DNA of 64,000 nt from Paragordius varius (Eukaryota; Animalia; Nematomorpha): contig OZ176055.1 of the NCBI GenBank assembly GCA_964247055.1, positions 434,001 to 498,000 on the forward strand, in the 5' to 3' direction. Below the pieces are notes generated by a model that was given only the letters and a program-made list of their open reading frames with translations, made no database searches and had not been told where the DNA came from. Below, one piece after another: positions 1-14,652 of this stretch; the first letter of the stretch is position 1; the number at the start of each line of letters is the position of its first letter. The translations under genes were made by a program, and so were the position numbers.

Positions 1-98
1 CAATTTTTACCACATGAAATATATGTTGTTGCGATATAAAAAAATGGTTAATTAACTTAACGCTTTTCGGTTACAAGAAAATCGATAAAATTTAGTTA

Positions 99-386
99 CA
101 GTAAAAATTGAAATTATACGGACAAGACGTGAAAATATAACGGCAAATTTTTTCAAACAACCATACTTTTTTAAACCACAAATTATCCTATTAAAGTCAA
201 TTAAATACAATCGTTAAATACGTGATTGATTGTGTAACCAATTTAAATTCTATTTTTATTTTGAAGTTTAAACAATCAGTTATCATTGAAAAAAATAAAG
301 ATTTAAAAAGTATGCTTGTCTTTTAGTAAAAAAAACACTTGTCTGCATATTTTAACATTATGTCCGTATAATTTCGATTTTTACTG
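99..386. mobile_element. ~290-bp Tc1/mariner-type MITE (CAGTAAAAATTGAAATTATACGGAC TIR), representative of the most abundant dispersed repeat
   Basis: Long TIRs CAGTAAAAATTGAAATTATACGGACAAAACG...TGTCCGTATAATTTCAATTTTTACTG. Further full or partial copies near 840-1110, 4800-5075, 11975-12260, 19675-19900, 24780-25050, 34805-35065 and 51010-51320. Confidence 0.8.
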
Positions 387-557
387 TGTTATAATACCTT
401 TAAATAAAATTACATTATATAGGTGTGTTTAACATCAATTGACCAAGACATGTTTTAGGGGTTTTGTTTAATAAATTCTTCATGAGAAATAACAGTTAAG
501 GTTGAGATTTCATACAAAAAATAAGCAAAACCAGCTTAAATTATTCAACACATAATA

Positions 558-1311
558 TTACTTACATATATCAGGTTTGTGACAGGGTTTATGGCCATAC
601 AGACCACGTTTCTTTCGACCGCTAACCCGTTCATAACCAGCATTGGCTAAGGCTTCCTCCTCATTATCAATATCATAATTGTCTTCTTGAGCCTTGCTGA
701 CTGTAAGAATACTAGCACTAATGGCTAAAAAGGCTAACAAAAGGACCCACTAAAAGAAAATATAAAAAATAGTTTTTGGTCTCAAAAAAATAAAGCAAAA
801 ATTGGTCGTTTATCATTTATCCGTTGATTTAGGGTAAAAATTGGAATTATACGGGGACAAAATGTAAAGATATAAAGACAAATATCCTTTTTTTCCAAAA
901 GAAAAGCATACTTTTTTAAACTCCCGTTTTTAAAAAATATAACCCATTGTTTTAAATTGGATATTATAAAATTGATATGTATATTGGTGACACAATAAAT
1001 TCTATATATAACAATTGTAATTAAATAGCTTATAGAGAAATGAATGTTTTATAATGGATGTCTTTAGAAAAAAATATTTGTCTTTAAATTTAACGTTTCG
1101 TCCGTATTTCAGTAATATATAGGATCCGAAATTTAAAGTAAAATAAGAGTGTTTAAAAGTTATCCGGCAATGGTATCTTTTATCTTTTAAAGATTATTCA
1201 TGAAAACATTTTTCCTTTTTTTTCCAAAAAAAATTAATAGAATTACGACAAAAAAGTAATATATTTATTAAAATATAAAAATATTAATACATTAATATGC
1301 ATTACCTTCAT
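558..1311 (-). CDS. Small secreted prepropeptide (2 exons: 1306-1311, 558-749): MKWVLLLAFLAISASILTVSKA-QEDNYDIDNEEEALANAGYERVSG-RKKR-GLYGHKPCHKPDICK
   Basis: ATGAAG|gtaatg donor at 1305 and pyrimidine-rich acceptor ttttcttttag|TGG at 749/750, joined in phase 0. Hydrophobic signal peptide, acidic pro-region, furin-type RKKR site. The 3' end may be spliced further (GTAAGT overlaps the last codons). Confidence 0.7.
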
Positions 1312-2865
1312 AACCGATTGTGATAAATAGCTTATAGGATAATCAAAAAATAAAAATAATGAATTATTTTAACCAAATTTTTGGCTTTATATACGTTTCC
1401 CGTCATCAGCTAAAGAATACCAATTTTAGCTTTTCGTATTCCAAAAACACAGAAAAAAATAGATTTAGGTCAAGAAAACGATGTCAATAACATGACCCCA
1501 AATTATAATTATTTCCATTTAGCTTTGCATATATTTCTCCTTTTATCCGCAAAACAGTAAAAAACCATAAAATAATTTTATTGACAGTCAGATTAGTTGT
1601 GATGACAAAAAACGCATGCAGAAACCTTGGGCGCAAAACCTGGTTTTTTTGTATGTGATTTTTATATGTTGCAATAAAATGTATAATTTATAGCTACAAT
1701 ATTATAGTAATAAAATAATGATTAGAATTTTATGAATTAACCTGTTTTTCATTTAGTTATATAAATGATTTTTGTTCAACATATTTTGACATTGTATTTA
1801 ACCAATATATCTATTCCTTAAAGTTAAAGGAATTTATCAGTTTGCTGAATGATCCATGGAACAAAACAAAAAAAGGTAGGAATCTTTCCAACAAGGGCTC
1901 GTCTCTTAAGTGATTTATTGTTCAATTTTGTGTCACCGTTGTATAATAAACAAAAGAAACTTTTATGTTAAATCTCAGAATTTATATCATTTATAACTTA
2001 CATGTCAAACCTGGCTTACAAAATATAGCATGCCCTAATAAGAGAATTCATAATTATTGTAATTTCCGGGATAAATAAAGAATTAAGGAGTATTGTGTTT
2101 TTTTACAAGGGTGCTATCATTCCAAATTTTGTTTTATTATTTTAGGTTTAGTGACAGGAGTATAAAAACTCCTGTACGAGTCTATTTTAAAATTATCATA
2201 ATAGCGTTGCAAATAGAGGTCAAATACAAAAAAGATGACTTAACTAATGTTAACTTACATAATATTATTTTTACGCAACATCATTTTAATTTTTCTATTT
2301 TTTCAGGGTGTGAGTACCCGATCAATGGGTTGAAATCAAGCCTTCAAACCTGAACCAGATAAACTAGACCTCGGTTTCTGGGATTTTGCAAAGGCCCGAT
2401 CCCGTTTGGTTAGCATTCACCATGGTTTCTTATAGATTCAATTTTTACACTAGACTGTTGGCTTTGACTGAGCAGCCCGTTTAAAGTTCCACCTCCAGAA
2501 TAAGTGGTTGTTTCTATATGTTTTTATTTTACAAAAGATATGTTATTTAAACCATAATTTATATTATTTCTATGATAGCATTTTTACCCGGTTTCCTATC
2601 AAACTGAAATCACCATCATATTTTTTTATTTTTTCGATTTTTAGCTTTATGACGTTTTTTCTCACATCCAATTAGAATGGAAGTATATGTTGATTTTTTC
2701 TGAATATTCTTGAAGAAAGCTATGTATTATTAACAATTTTTGAATCAGTAAATTAAAAATATCTACTCTTAATTAAAATAATCCCTTGGTTTAATATTTT
2801 TTATAAGAATTTCTAAAGTCCTTTACAACATTATTGACATGATAAGTGTAATGGATTAGGTGATG

Positions 2866-3151
2866 TACCATTTTCAGTTTATTTCATCCTTGAACAATTC
2901 AAATTTGCCTTAAAAAATAATTATGTGTTTTCGAACTGATATAACTAATATTTATATAAAATATATCTTTATGGCATAATTTATTATTTTTTCAGTATTA
3001 GTTTAATTTAAAACAAAATTTATTTTTTAGAAATATATAAAAATATAGGTAATTTTTAATCTTAAAAACAGATAATTTATTTGAGCGTGAATTTGAATTG
3101 TTCAAGGGTGAATTTGAATTGTTTAAGGGTCAATTTGAATTGTAAATGGTA
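2866..3151. mobile_element. Foldback family 1, short-armed copy (21-bp AACAATTCAAATTCACCCTTG arms)
   Basis: TACCATTT...AAATGGTA termini, inverted 21-bp units, and the same central spacer as the copies at 45263 and 51789. Confidence 0.7.
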
Positions 3152-3886
3152 TAATTACAATGGGATGATATAGAATTATTTGGTTGTTGTATTAGTATAT
3201 AATTCCAAATAAGGGACAGTACTACACCATGGTCCCTGTTAAGTTATCCATTTTGTTTCTTACTATTTATTCGCGTATGAGACGCTTATTATGGGTTTCT
3301 ATATTTGTTTGGTGTCAGCAATGTATTTGATTAGATTGATAAGTTTTGTCATTGGTTCTTATACATTTACGGATATTAAATTTATTGAGAATATTGCCGA
3401 TTTTGGTAGTAACATTATTAATGAAAGGTAAGGTAGCTGTGTATCAAAATTATGCTCTTTATATTCTCGACATTTTTGTGTTTATTTTACGTAAACCAGC
3501 CAGACCATTTATAGAGAGGTCTGAAATCGGTTTATGGTATAGCTTACACCTAAATATCAATTCATTAAATATTTTTAATATAGTATATGACATTGTGTGA
3601 TAATAATTTTGGAATGAAGCATTCTGCTATCGCCAAGAAAATGATATTTAGCATAATGTGCCCAAATTTTGCTATATTTTAATATGGACAATACCACATG
3701 GTAATGATTTTTTAAAAAAAACTCGTAAGTAACAAGCACCACGAAAAACCTCAGGTATTTATTTATTAGAATACTATAATTCATAGAAATTCTTTGTTGC
3801 CAGCAACATGTTTTCAACACATTATTTATCATTATAAAAGGTATCAATTTATTTTCAACACATTATTGTGTATGCATGTTATAAAT

Positions 3887-6091
3887 TTAACATTGAGACA
3901 AATCAACATAAATGCGGTGTGACATGTGTTCCGTGGAAGCAGATGCGCCATTTTTATATGCCGGATATATGATAACTTCATATTCAGAACTTGGATTGAG
4001 GTTTGGGAAACGGTATGTTCTAGCTTTCAACTATTTTATTTTGCACATGTTACAATAAATTAATCAAATAGAAAATATATGATTAGATAGTTTAACATTA
4101 TAAACTGCGCTATAACTTACACTGAGTTTTCCCGTTTGAGCTTTTTCTCCTTCTACATTGGGTCGACTTAAAACAATATTTAAATGTTCGATTCCATAGG
4201 TTTTAGCTGTGCTATCGGAAAGAGGGTTATCAATATAAACAACCAAATCTTTGGTCCTGCCTCCATTAGTAAATGTAGCGGTTGCTCGACCAATTTTAGC
4301 AAAATATTTGGAGATATCTATTGTTTATGTCATATTTGATAAATTAAGAATGTTTAAATATATATAGGTTGATTTAAAAAATTATTTATAATTATCAATC
4401 ATACCATTCTGTTCAAGTTGATAATCATCTCCGTTGAGTGTGACTAGAGGAATATAAAAAACAGGTTATTATCAAATATTAGAGAAGAGCTATATTATAT
4501 TGGTAAAGTAAAAGTTCTTTAATATTGGAAATATTTTTTATAAATGCATCAAGTATGGATTTGTATTCACCAATTAAATGACTCTTATAATAACACCATT
4601 ATGACATACTGGTCTAGTTTCGGTATGATTATAATACTATGAGAAATACCTTTAAATCGCAAATAATCTGAAAACGATCCGCGTGCAATATCCTTTTGCG
4701 ATGCTCGCACCCATAACATGTATTCTTGGTTTGGAACCAAATTTTTCAATTCAAACGTTGTGTCCTATACATAAATAAATATTGCAATGACAAATATATT
4801 ACAGTAAAAACTGAAATTTTACGGACAAAACGTAAAAATATAAAGACAAATATTTTTCTTGAAAAGACGGCTATATATTTTTAAACATTAATTTATCTTA
4901 TTAAATAAATTTGCTTACAATCGTATGATTTTGATTGTGTTATCAATTTACATCTTTATTTCCTACTTTATAGTTTGAAACAATCATCATTATAAAAATT
5001 ATAAAAGTATGGTTGTCTGTAAAAATATTTATCTTTATATTTTTACGCTTTGTCCGTAAAATCAATTTTTACTGTATTAAGACAAATATTTTTGAAAAGA
5101 CCGCTATTCTTTTTCAACTTAAATTTTCCTACGTAGATTCTATATATAATTGATTGTGTCACCAACTTACATCTCTATTTCATGCTTTGCTTACCGTTAA
5201 TTATAAAAATCAGGTTTACAATGTACACCCGGTTTTTTTTTAAAAAAATAAAATATATCCGTTTATTTAAGTTTTTACATTTAGTCTGTATTCTTATTAT
5301 TTCTAATCTTTTTAATAAAAGGAAATACATGACGCGCACATAATGTAAAAATTAATAAAATCTACCATATTTGCATCGTTTTCCCTTGCAGGACCATTCA
5401 CTTCATACAGATGAGTTGCATTGTAATACCGCCAAAGTTGATAAGGATACTTTATTGGATTTTTGTTCAATCGATTTGGTTCATTGAAAGAAGCCATCAC
5501 AGAATAATAGGTATGAGGAATAGTGCGAAATCCTGACATGCAAAGTCTTAGATTTCGTACTCCCATATCTGCTGCCTCAGTAGTTTTGCATTCTAAATTA
5601 ATTACATTTATTTTTAACAACAACAATTTTATTTTTTAATTCACAAACATTTTTATCAATTCTGTAATTGTCCTGCTATTCACCCTTATACGGGCTTTTC
5701 ATACTGATAACAAAATTTTAAAATAATTAGCTCACGCTGATAATCAACTGCTTCTTTCTGATTAAAAGTTTTAAATGTATACCATTTTCCAAACTTGTTT
5801 TTAACTATAAAAGGTTATTAATAAAAATAGATATGATTGATATAAAAATTTCCCTATAAAAAAGGTCATGATGCGATAATTAAACAATGGTTCTTAGTTC
5901 ATTTCATTAAACTAAAGCCATAAATTTGAGAATAAATAACATAAAAATTTAAATTATCGCACAAACCATATTACAAAATAAAAGATAACGGATGTCTTAC
6001 GAATTTCCTTGGTTACAGGTCCTTTGCGCATCATACATTCCGACATTCCGATAATTCCAACTAGGATAGCGAAAACGATTCTTACAATCAT
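3887..6091 (-). CDS. Secreted two-FN3-domain protein, copy A (exons 6001-6091, 5366-5592, 4650-4764, 4405-4443, 4121-4317, 3887-4030; 270 aa)
   Basis: All six exons are GT-AG with compatible phases and no stops. Signal peptide MIVRIVFAILVGIIGMSEC. FN3 E-F-G strand signatures TTFELKNLVPNQEYMLWVRA and RTYRFPNLNPSSEYEVII. Confidence 0.85.
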
Positions 6092-6944
6092 TGTAAATCG
6101 AGAGATGTGTATGTTAATTTTGGTAAAAAAGGTATTATAATATTTTGGAAAATTGGACTAGATATATACGTTACAAACTGCTTGCTTAAATATTTGTTTA
6201 GATTGCAACCTTGAGTTATTTTAATACCTTATATTTAATGTAATGCGATTTTCGTAGAGCTTTTTTTAGGGTTGTCAAATATTGACTATACCATTTATAT
6301 TTTTGTATCATTGAGTTATCGATATATATCCTATGTTAAGCTGGTAAGCCTTGAGAGAAAATTCGGTCAACGGAAATGGTAATGTTTATTATAGGTAAAT
6401 ATGACAATCTCGTTTATACCAGTTAAACTATGTATTGTATATATGTAAATATTGATAGGTGTAAACTGACAAAGAAGTTAAAAATAATTGTGATAAAACA
6501 TTATATTTTCTATAGCTTACGACCTTTAGTATGGCGCGAATATTGAAACATTCATTCGGTTGAAAAAAAAACTAGAGATTGCATATTTACCTATTATACA
6601 AATTAAATAACCGATTTGGTTGAAATTACGTATTTTATGAATCACAATGCCATTTTATATTTTTGGATTTGGATTTAACAGAAGTTATAAAAGACTTAAA
6701 ATGTGATTAAAAATTCAAAAGAATATTTAACTTTGGCAAACCAATTAATATACAGTAAAAATTGAAATTATACGGACAAAACGTAAAAATATAAAGACAA
6801 ATTTTGATTCTATGAATAAACTTGATTAATATAAATTTAACCCATTGTTTAAATTCCAAAGTACAAAATAGAAATGTATATTGGTACATAATCAATTATA
6901 TATTTAGGCTTGTTATTAATTATTTTAAAAGGATTACTTTAGGT

Positions 6945-8584
6945 CAGGGCTTCTTAAAATTTTGTAGTTCCCGACCCCATTTATGATTGCGAGTTTCTTA
7001 ACGATCCCCTACAAATATAAAAGAAAAATAATAGTTTTCGAAACAACATTTAGAGATCGATAATATTTATCAGGATTATTCGGTTTTGAGGGATTGACAA
7101 AAATAAATATATATTTTTTATAAATTTCTATAACATTTTCTGATTTATAGTAAATTTATACAAGATACTAGCAGGCCCTGTCAGGCTGCGGTGTGGCGTA
7201 GTCTCACCGATAAATATTCTTAATAATTTGCAATAAGAGTCAATGATTAAAAAAATAACAAGACATATTTAATAAAAAGAATGGCTTTAATTATTCTTTT
7301 ACAGGTTTTTGCATAGGCTGAAATATTGTTAACTCATAATTGACCATATTTTAATGTCCCTTATTAAAGTTAATATCCAACTATCATTGAATTTATTTTA
7401 AAATTTTTGTTTTACGAAATCATGGTTCTAATTTGATTATTGATACAGCTGGGATCAAGGAATATAAAAATCATTTGTGCCCTTTTTAAAGGAAAGAATG
7501 ATATTATACAAATTCCCAATGCGTTTAACTGAACTCGTATGGCTTCTTAAGTTTTTTGAAAATTAGCTCCAAAACTACGCCTATTTATGGCGTCTGAGTT
7601 TTAAAATGGTAGACCCCACCCATAGACCTATATGAAAAAAGCGCTGAGTTAAATTCTTTGCCTTTCGAGGGCAAATATTTAGAATCATCTTTGATACCAT
7701 CGTCTCATGGGTTATTTAAAAAAATACCTCTACATTAAATAATCGTTGTATTATGGCGTTTTAGGGCATAAAAGCCCCAAATAAACGGCTAATAAAAAAA
7801 CCCGACCATAATTTTTGCCCAGTTACGGGTAATATTTTGAACTCTAATGAGCTCATATGGCTTCATAAATTTTCAGTAAATTAGCTCCAAAACAACATTT
7901 CTATATAGTGGCGCAATTTTAACGGCTATCTGTTTACCCAACAGCCAATATTAAAAAAACGCAAGATTAAAATTTTTGCCTTTTAACAGACAATAACTTA
8001 AATCCCCAGCGAATTTTAACGGTCTCATACCCTGGGCAAAAAAATTTGTTTTTTAAAATGGCATTTTACGGGGGGGCTGGTAAAAAGAAACCTTAAATTT
8101 AAAAGTAAGCCGACTAAGTTCTGCGCAATCAAAAAAATCAAAAGGTACAACACGTTTTCCGGAAAATTGTGTCAAAGACACGATGTTTCTGGACTTGTGT
8201 TTTTAAAAAAACCCGTTTTTTCCACGGGGTGGGTCCGAACTGGTAGCCTAATTCAAAAAAAGGGCGAAGTTATTGTCGCGGCAGTCATTAATGATCATAT
8301 TTTTTTGACATTTGGATTTGAATAGGTTTACCGGTTTTCCGGAAACAGAGCACAAACCCAGCATTTTCCATTTTTATAAATATATAGATTATAATGATCG
8401 GAATAGAAATGCTGTTATAAACAGTCTATCCGAACCAGAAGATTTAATGATATATTTATCTACGATGATTGTTATTTTTCTTTATAATAATAATTTTACA
8501 GGATAAAAAACATTTTTTGTTAAATTGTATTTTTATCACTCGCGACCCCAAATGGGGTCGCGACCCATAGTTTAAGAAGCCCTG
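6945..8584. mobile_element. Non-autonomous hAT (Charlie/Buster-like) element with nested repeats
   Basis: TIR CAGGGCTTCTTAAA ... TTTAAGAAGCCCTG, flanked by a partial TSD (TTAGGT on both sides). The internal segment ~8070-8480 is shared with ~58955-59340. Confidence 0.65.
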
Positions 8585-10169
8585 TTAGGTATGCACTAGG
8601 GTTGTTTCTTAGAAAAAGTATTTATCTTTATATTTTTACGTTTTGACCGTTAAATTTCAATTTTTACTGTAATAGGCAATATGGTATCAATATAAAAAAA
8701 AACTAATATGTCGCATTTTCTCTTTCATAAGGAAAATTTCAATTTAGTGAATTGTAGCGAATATGACATTTTTGCGTTTATAAAAAGAACTAGCATAATT
8801 TTAGAATAGCATAAAAATTTGGGTCTTTCTGCGCCCACATCTACGAACTAAAATATTTCAATATATTGTTTTGCTTTTTGTAAATAGTTTATGATATATT
8901 TTAGTGATATTTTTTGCAATAAGGCATTTAACTTCAACAAAAAAAACTTTATTACAAAAAATGTGCTCAAACTTTGCCATTTTCTGATATGGAGCATTTA
9001 CCACAACTCTAACTCTGCATGCCAGAGTTCGAATTCCGAAACTACGCATTTTTTCATCATCACTGACAGCCCTGGGCAGGCGAGTGTTAAAGCCTTCGCA
9101 CGTCCGGAAACAAATTTAAGTCCTTACCCTTTAATAAAAAATAAAAAAGAGACTCTAAACTGTATAAAGCTTAAAAGCATTTACCACAAAAGTATAAATA
9201 ATTTATTTATATCACTCGTAATGGCCAAAGCCAAAACCACCATGACAATCTTAATACCAAATGGAACCGGAACCGCATTTCCTTGGATTTTGACAAAAGG
9301 TTCCGTTGGGATGGAACCAACCCGGTTCCAGTTCCACCGCCTTAATTACTGGTTCCCATATGATTTTTATTATAAAAATTTTTATTTTATTATTTAAATT
9401 GGATTGTACCACTACATATTACATACTTCAAACTTTAAACCTAAAACTAAGCCGATATTCTCTGAATTTTTGGCGATTCGGCTGATCTAAAAAAAATTAT
9501 AGTCTTTTCTCAAGTTTATTTATATTACATATGTTGTATATATAGGTCTCCGTTGAAAGAAACCCTTTTTGTTTTTAGACCTGCGCAGTTTGACCAGCGA
9601 ATTCGTTGGTGCAATAATTAAGGTTTAATAAAAAAATTTTTTAGATGCCATACTTAATTTAACACTCATTATAAATTATGTACTTATACTTTTTCCTATT
9701 ATATTTTTATAATTTGTTTCATTTATTTTACTATCTATTTTTTTCACTATAGATTTGGAATATTTGTTAATAATTTGGTTGTATTCTAAAATTTTAAGGA
9801 ACCAACGCGGTTCCGGTTCCACTTTTTTTGTCCCGGTTCCAAGCCCTGCTTAATACATTTTCCTATCAGAATACATACATATCATCGGGTTATTGTTAAT
9901 ACGGCCTGATTTTTAGCGCAGTGTTATATCAAATAGGCCAATCGATAATTTTCAAAATACAGCATCTAATTAGTACCCCGATATTCCCCGTGAAGTATAA
10001 GTCATTTAAACAATCAAAAATAAGTTTTCAACAAACAAACAATATTACTCAAGACAAGGAATAATTTCAAAACAACCATGTTTTTTCAATAATTATTTTA
10101 GCTATATTTTCTATAGATCAAAACTTCTTGTATTAACGGTGCAATTTATTTCCAATATTTTATACAGTT

Positions 10170-10312
10170 ATAAAATCAACATTGAGACAGTTCAGAATAA
10201 CTGCGGTGAGACGTGCGTTCAGTGGAGGCAGAATCGTCATTTTTATATTGCGCATAAATGATTAAACTTCATATTCTTGGATCGAGTTTGGAAAACGATA
10301 TGTCCTAGCTTT
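10170..10312 (-). pseudogene. Degenerate extra copy of FN3-gene terminal exon 6
   Basis: Clearly homologous to exon 6, but the acceptor is lost and several indels are present. Confidence 0.75.
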
Positions 10313-11007
10313 TAAAAAATTGCATATTTTTTATACCGCTAAAACAAGCGAGTTATCAATTTGAATTAATTAAACTGTTATGCAACTTACATTATTTCCG
10401 TTTATTACCATGCTCCGAAACACTATAAAATACGGATCATCAAAATTTTAAAACATAGTATGCCATTTTTCAAAAAAAACCTTTTTTGATGTTGTCAACC
10501 ATATGATGACATTTTTTATGGCAAACTGCTCAGCATTTTTGAAATTTTTTATTAGGCTTGCCTATTCAAAAATTTAGGTACATTTACATTAAAACTTTCT
10601 AAAAGTATTGTTTAGTTTTTTAATTATAGCATATGTTTCTAAATGTCTTGAAATTATACGAATAAAACGTAAAACAAAGACAAAATATTTTTTTCTAAAA
10701 GACAGCCACGCTTTTTATATCTCGAATTCTCAAAATTAAAATAATTGTTGACAATTACAAAGATAGATATATATATATATATATACATATAAAGGTATAG
10801 GTAACACATTCAATTATATATTTTATAATGGTAATAAATTATTTTATATAGGAAAAATTTGGACATAAAAAAGTATGGTTGTCTTTTAGAAAAAAAAATT
10901 ATCTCTATATTTTTACATTTTATCCGTATAATTTAAGTTTTTACTGTATTAAACCATGTATAAAAAGTACAATTTATTTTTCAATATAGTCTCTACAATT
11001 TATAGAT

Positions 11008-11575
11008 TTAACATTGAGACAAATCAACATAAATGCGGTGAGACATGTGTTCCGTGGAAGCAGAATCGCCATTTTTATATTGCGCATAAATGATAACTTC
11101 GTATTCTGAACTTGGATCGAGGTTTGGAAAACGATATGTTCTAGATTTAAGCTATAATTTATATGCATATCATGGAATAAATAAAAAATATGCTGGCATA
11201 CCATTGAAAACATAAGAAAGTTATTAGAGATTTTAATAAATCAAACTGCTGCATAATTTACACTAAGTGCTCCAATTTGAGCCTTTTCTCCTTCCACATT
11301 GGGTCGACTTAAAACAATATTTAAATGTTCAATCCCGTAAGCTTTAGCTGTGTGATCGGAAAGAGGGTTATCAATGTAAACAACCAGATCTTTGGTCTTG
11401 CCTCCATTAGTGAGAGTAGAGGTTGCTCGACCAAGTTTTGCAAAAGATTTGGAAATATCTATGGTTTTAAAATGTAAAGGATATATTCAGAATGTTTAGC
11501 CGTAATGATCAAGATAGCTCAATCATAGATTCATACCATTCTGTTCAAGTTTATATTCATCTCCGTTGACATTAA
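11008..11575 (-). pseudogene. Orphan FN3-gene cassette: exons 4-6 only (11537-11575, 11262-11458, 11008-11151), reading frames intact
   Basis: Intact splice sites and ORFs, but no exons 1-3 between it and 13800. Part of the duplication ~10130-11830 / ~13780-15410. Confidence 0.75.
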
Positions 11576-13816
11576 CTAAAGAAAAATAAATAAAGGATAT
11601 ACATTTTACGAAAAAACCTTAAAATATTTTACAGTGAAGAGTTAGCCATATCATATTAGGGATTTGTTTTTTTAATGGAAAAAGTATATTTAAAAGCATG
11701 TAAGCAAGTAATGCATTTGCATGACAAAAATAAAAAGTAAAAATATAAATTCAATTTTTTTTTCAAACGACAACCACACTTTTAAACCTTGATTTATCCT
11801 ATAAAAAACATTTAATTACAATCGAATAACCTTGAGATTAAATTTAATGGCAGGGGAAATTACATGTGAAATGTTAAGTATATCGCTAAAACCTTTTTTG
11901 ACTCTACATATGTGATAAAAATTGCTTTGGATTTCAAGGCTTACCAATATAATTTGTTCTTTAATTAAACAAATTACAGTAAAAATTGATATTATACGGA
12001 CAGTGTAAAAATATAAAGACGAATATTTTTTTTCAAAAAATCATACTTTTTTAAACCTTAATTTATCCTATAAAAATGATTTGATTGCAATCGTAAAATA
12101 CATAATAATTATGTTACCAATATGCATCTCTATTATGTACTTTGCAATATAATAAAATGAGTTATATTTAAAAATCAAGATTTAAGAAGTATTGTTGTCT
12201 TTTAAAAAATATATATATCTTTATATTTTAACATTTTGTCCGCATAATTCCTTTTTACTATAAAAAAAAATAAAATATATTACAAGAACTTAATAAAGAT
12301 ATACGGTTTCGAAATCGATATTCACTTACAAGTTCGGTTAAAACAAGAGAATTCTTAAAAATGAAAGCATATATGAATGATACACGGTTTGATTGATAAA
12401 AGTTATAAACAAATTATAAAAGTTGAAAGACCAACTTGAAATGTTCAAAGACCAACTTCAAGTGTGCAAGGACAAACTTGAGATGCTTATAGTTAAATTA
12501 GTGTTTAAGGACACTCTTGAAGTTTATTTTCGAATAATATTGGAATCTGACAAATATTTAATGATCTACTAGATTTTGTGTGTGGCCCACCAATTTTTTT
12601 AGTCGAAAATTCGGCCCGCTAATCCATTTGAGTTGGATATTTATTATAAAAACTGATGACTCGACGTTTTAAGCGATGTTTTAAAGATCCAAAAAAACAT
12701 TTTATAATGTAGTATATACACAGTTTAAAAACCCTGATAGAAAACATATTTTTATAAAACAGAAAAATGGATCGAGATTTTTATGGTGCTTTTGGTTTTG
12801 GTCGTTACGAGTTGTTTACAAAGATTACACTTTTGTTGTGATTCCTTCATATGAGATACGCAGAGTTAAGCGAATATTATACTAAATTTGTTTTTTTGTG
12901 AAAGGTTAATGCTTTATTCCATACAATATTGTTAAAATATATTATAAAATTATATGTAAAACGCAAAACTTTATTTACAAAATAACTAAATTTTGAGATG
13001 TGGCTTCATAATGGCTCAAATTTTTAGACCTCTCTAAAACGGTCTAGATTTTAAAATAAACGCTAAAAGGCCATGACTTTTTAATTTTAATATATGTTAT
13101 ATTATATAACATCAAAAAAATACTTTTAAAAAATGTCTGCTTTGTTTAAAAATTTAATTTTTTGCAAAATTTTGTTGAATAGTAAGTAATGGAAACGGTA
13201 TAATCATTGTATATTACCGTTTATCTGTATAATTTCGTTTTTACGGTACATGCCAGAGATAGTTTCAGCAAAATAATTTTTCAACTACTGTTTCATTACT
13301 GTCTGTATTAACTGACATAATAAAAATTTCGATATAAAGCAACGATGCTCAATATTTCTATCATCTCTGAATTTCGATTTAAACTTTCCCTTTTTTCTGA
13401 AACACCATTTTATTAACTAAAATTTACCAACGTATCCTTCAATCAAAATTAATTTTGATGTCAATAAAAATGTTCAGCATCCAATTATGTAGTAAAAGTT
13501 TAATTGCAATATATTATAGTGGTTTTTTACCATGCTCTGAAATACCATAAAACACGGATCATCAAAATTTTAAAACATAGTATGCCATTTTTCAAATATA
13601 ATTTTTTGAGGTCATCAACCATATGATGACATTCTCTGATGGCAAATTCTCATTATTTTTGTATATTTTTAGTTAAACTTGCCCATTTGGCACTCATTTT
13701 AAAAAAATTATATTTGCTTTTTAATTATAGTATATGTTTCTATATGTATATGTAATATATTTCACCATTTATAGTAAGTACAATTTATTTTTCAATGTAG
13801 TCTACAGTTTATAGAT

Positions 13817-13960
13817 TTAACATTGAGACAAATCAACATAAATGCGGTGAGACATATGTTCCGTGGGGGCAGAATCGCCATTTTTATATTGTGCATAAAT
13901 CACAACTTCATATTCAGAATTTGGATCGAGGTTTGGAAAACTATATATTCTGGCTTTTAG
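13817..13960 (-). other. Intact duplicated terminal exon 6 (LKARIYSFPNLDPNSEYEVVIYAQYKNGDSAPTEHMSHRIYVDLSQC*)
   Basis: 144 nt, same length as the intact exon 6, with an intact ttttttttag acceptor and stop. Confidence 0.75.
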
Positions 13961-14652
13961 CTAAAAAAAATGCATATTTTTTATACCGCTAAAACAAGCG
14001 AGTTATCAATTTTAATTAATTAAACTGTTATGCAACTTACACTATTTCCGTTTTTTACCATGATTCGAAATACTATAAAATACGGATCATCAAAATTTTA
14101 AAACATAGTATGCCATTTTTCAAAAAAACCTTTTTTGATGTTGTCAACCATATGATGACATTTTCTTATGGCGAACTCCTCAGCATTTCTGAAATTTTTA
14201 GTTAGACTTCCCTATGAGGAGCCCAAAAATTTAAGTATATTCGCATTACAACTTTCTAAAAGTATTGTTTAGCTTTTTTATTATAGCATATGTGTCTAAA
14301 TGTATTGAAATTATACGGATAAAACGTAAAATAAAGACAAATATTTTTTTCTAAAAAACAGTCACACTTTTTATATTTCGAATTCTCAAAATTATAATTG
14401 TTGACAATTACAAAGATATATATATACATGCATATAAATGTATAGGTAACACATTCAAATATATATTTTATAATGGTAATAAATTATTTTATATAGGAAA
14501 AATTTGGACATAAAAAAGTATGGTTGTCTTTTAGAAAAAAAAATTATCTCTATATTTTTACGTTTTATCCGTATAATTTAAGTTTTTACTGTATTAAACC
14601 ATGTATAAAAAGTACAATTTATTTTTCAATATAGTTTCTACAATTTATAGAT

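Noticed and set aside
2290-2520. GC-richer segment with a strong acceptor at 2306
   Set aside because: All frames close quickly, and I could not build a convincing gene model or homology.
8891-9397. 168-aa plus-strand ORF
   Set aside because: It spans dispersed-repeat fragments with GGAACC subterminal motifs, and has low-complexity F/I/K/N composition with no motif.
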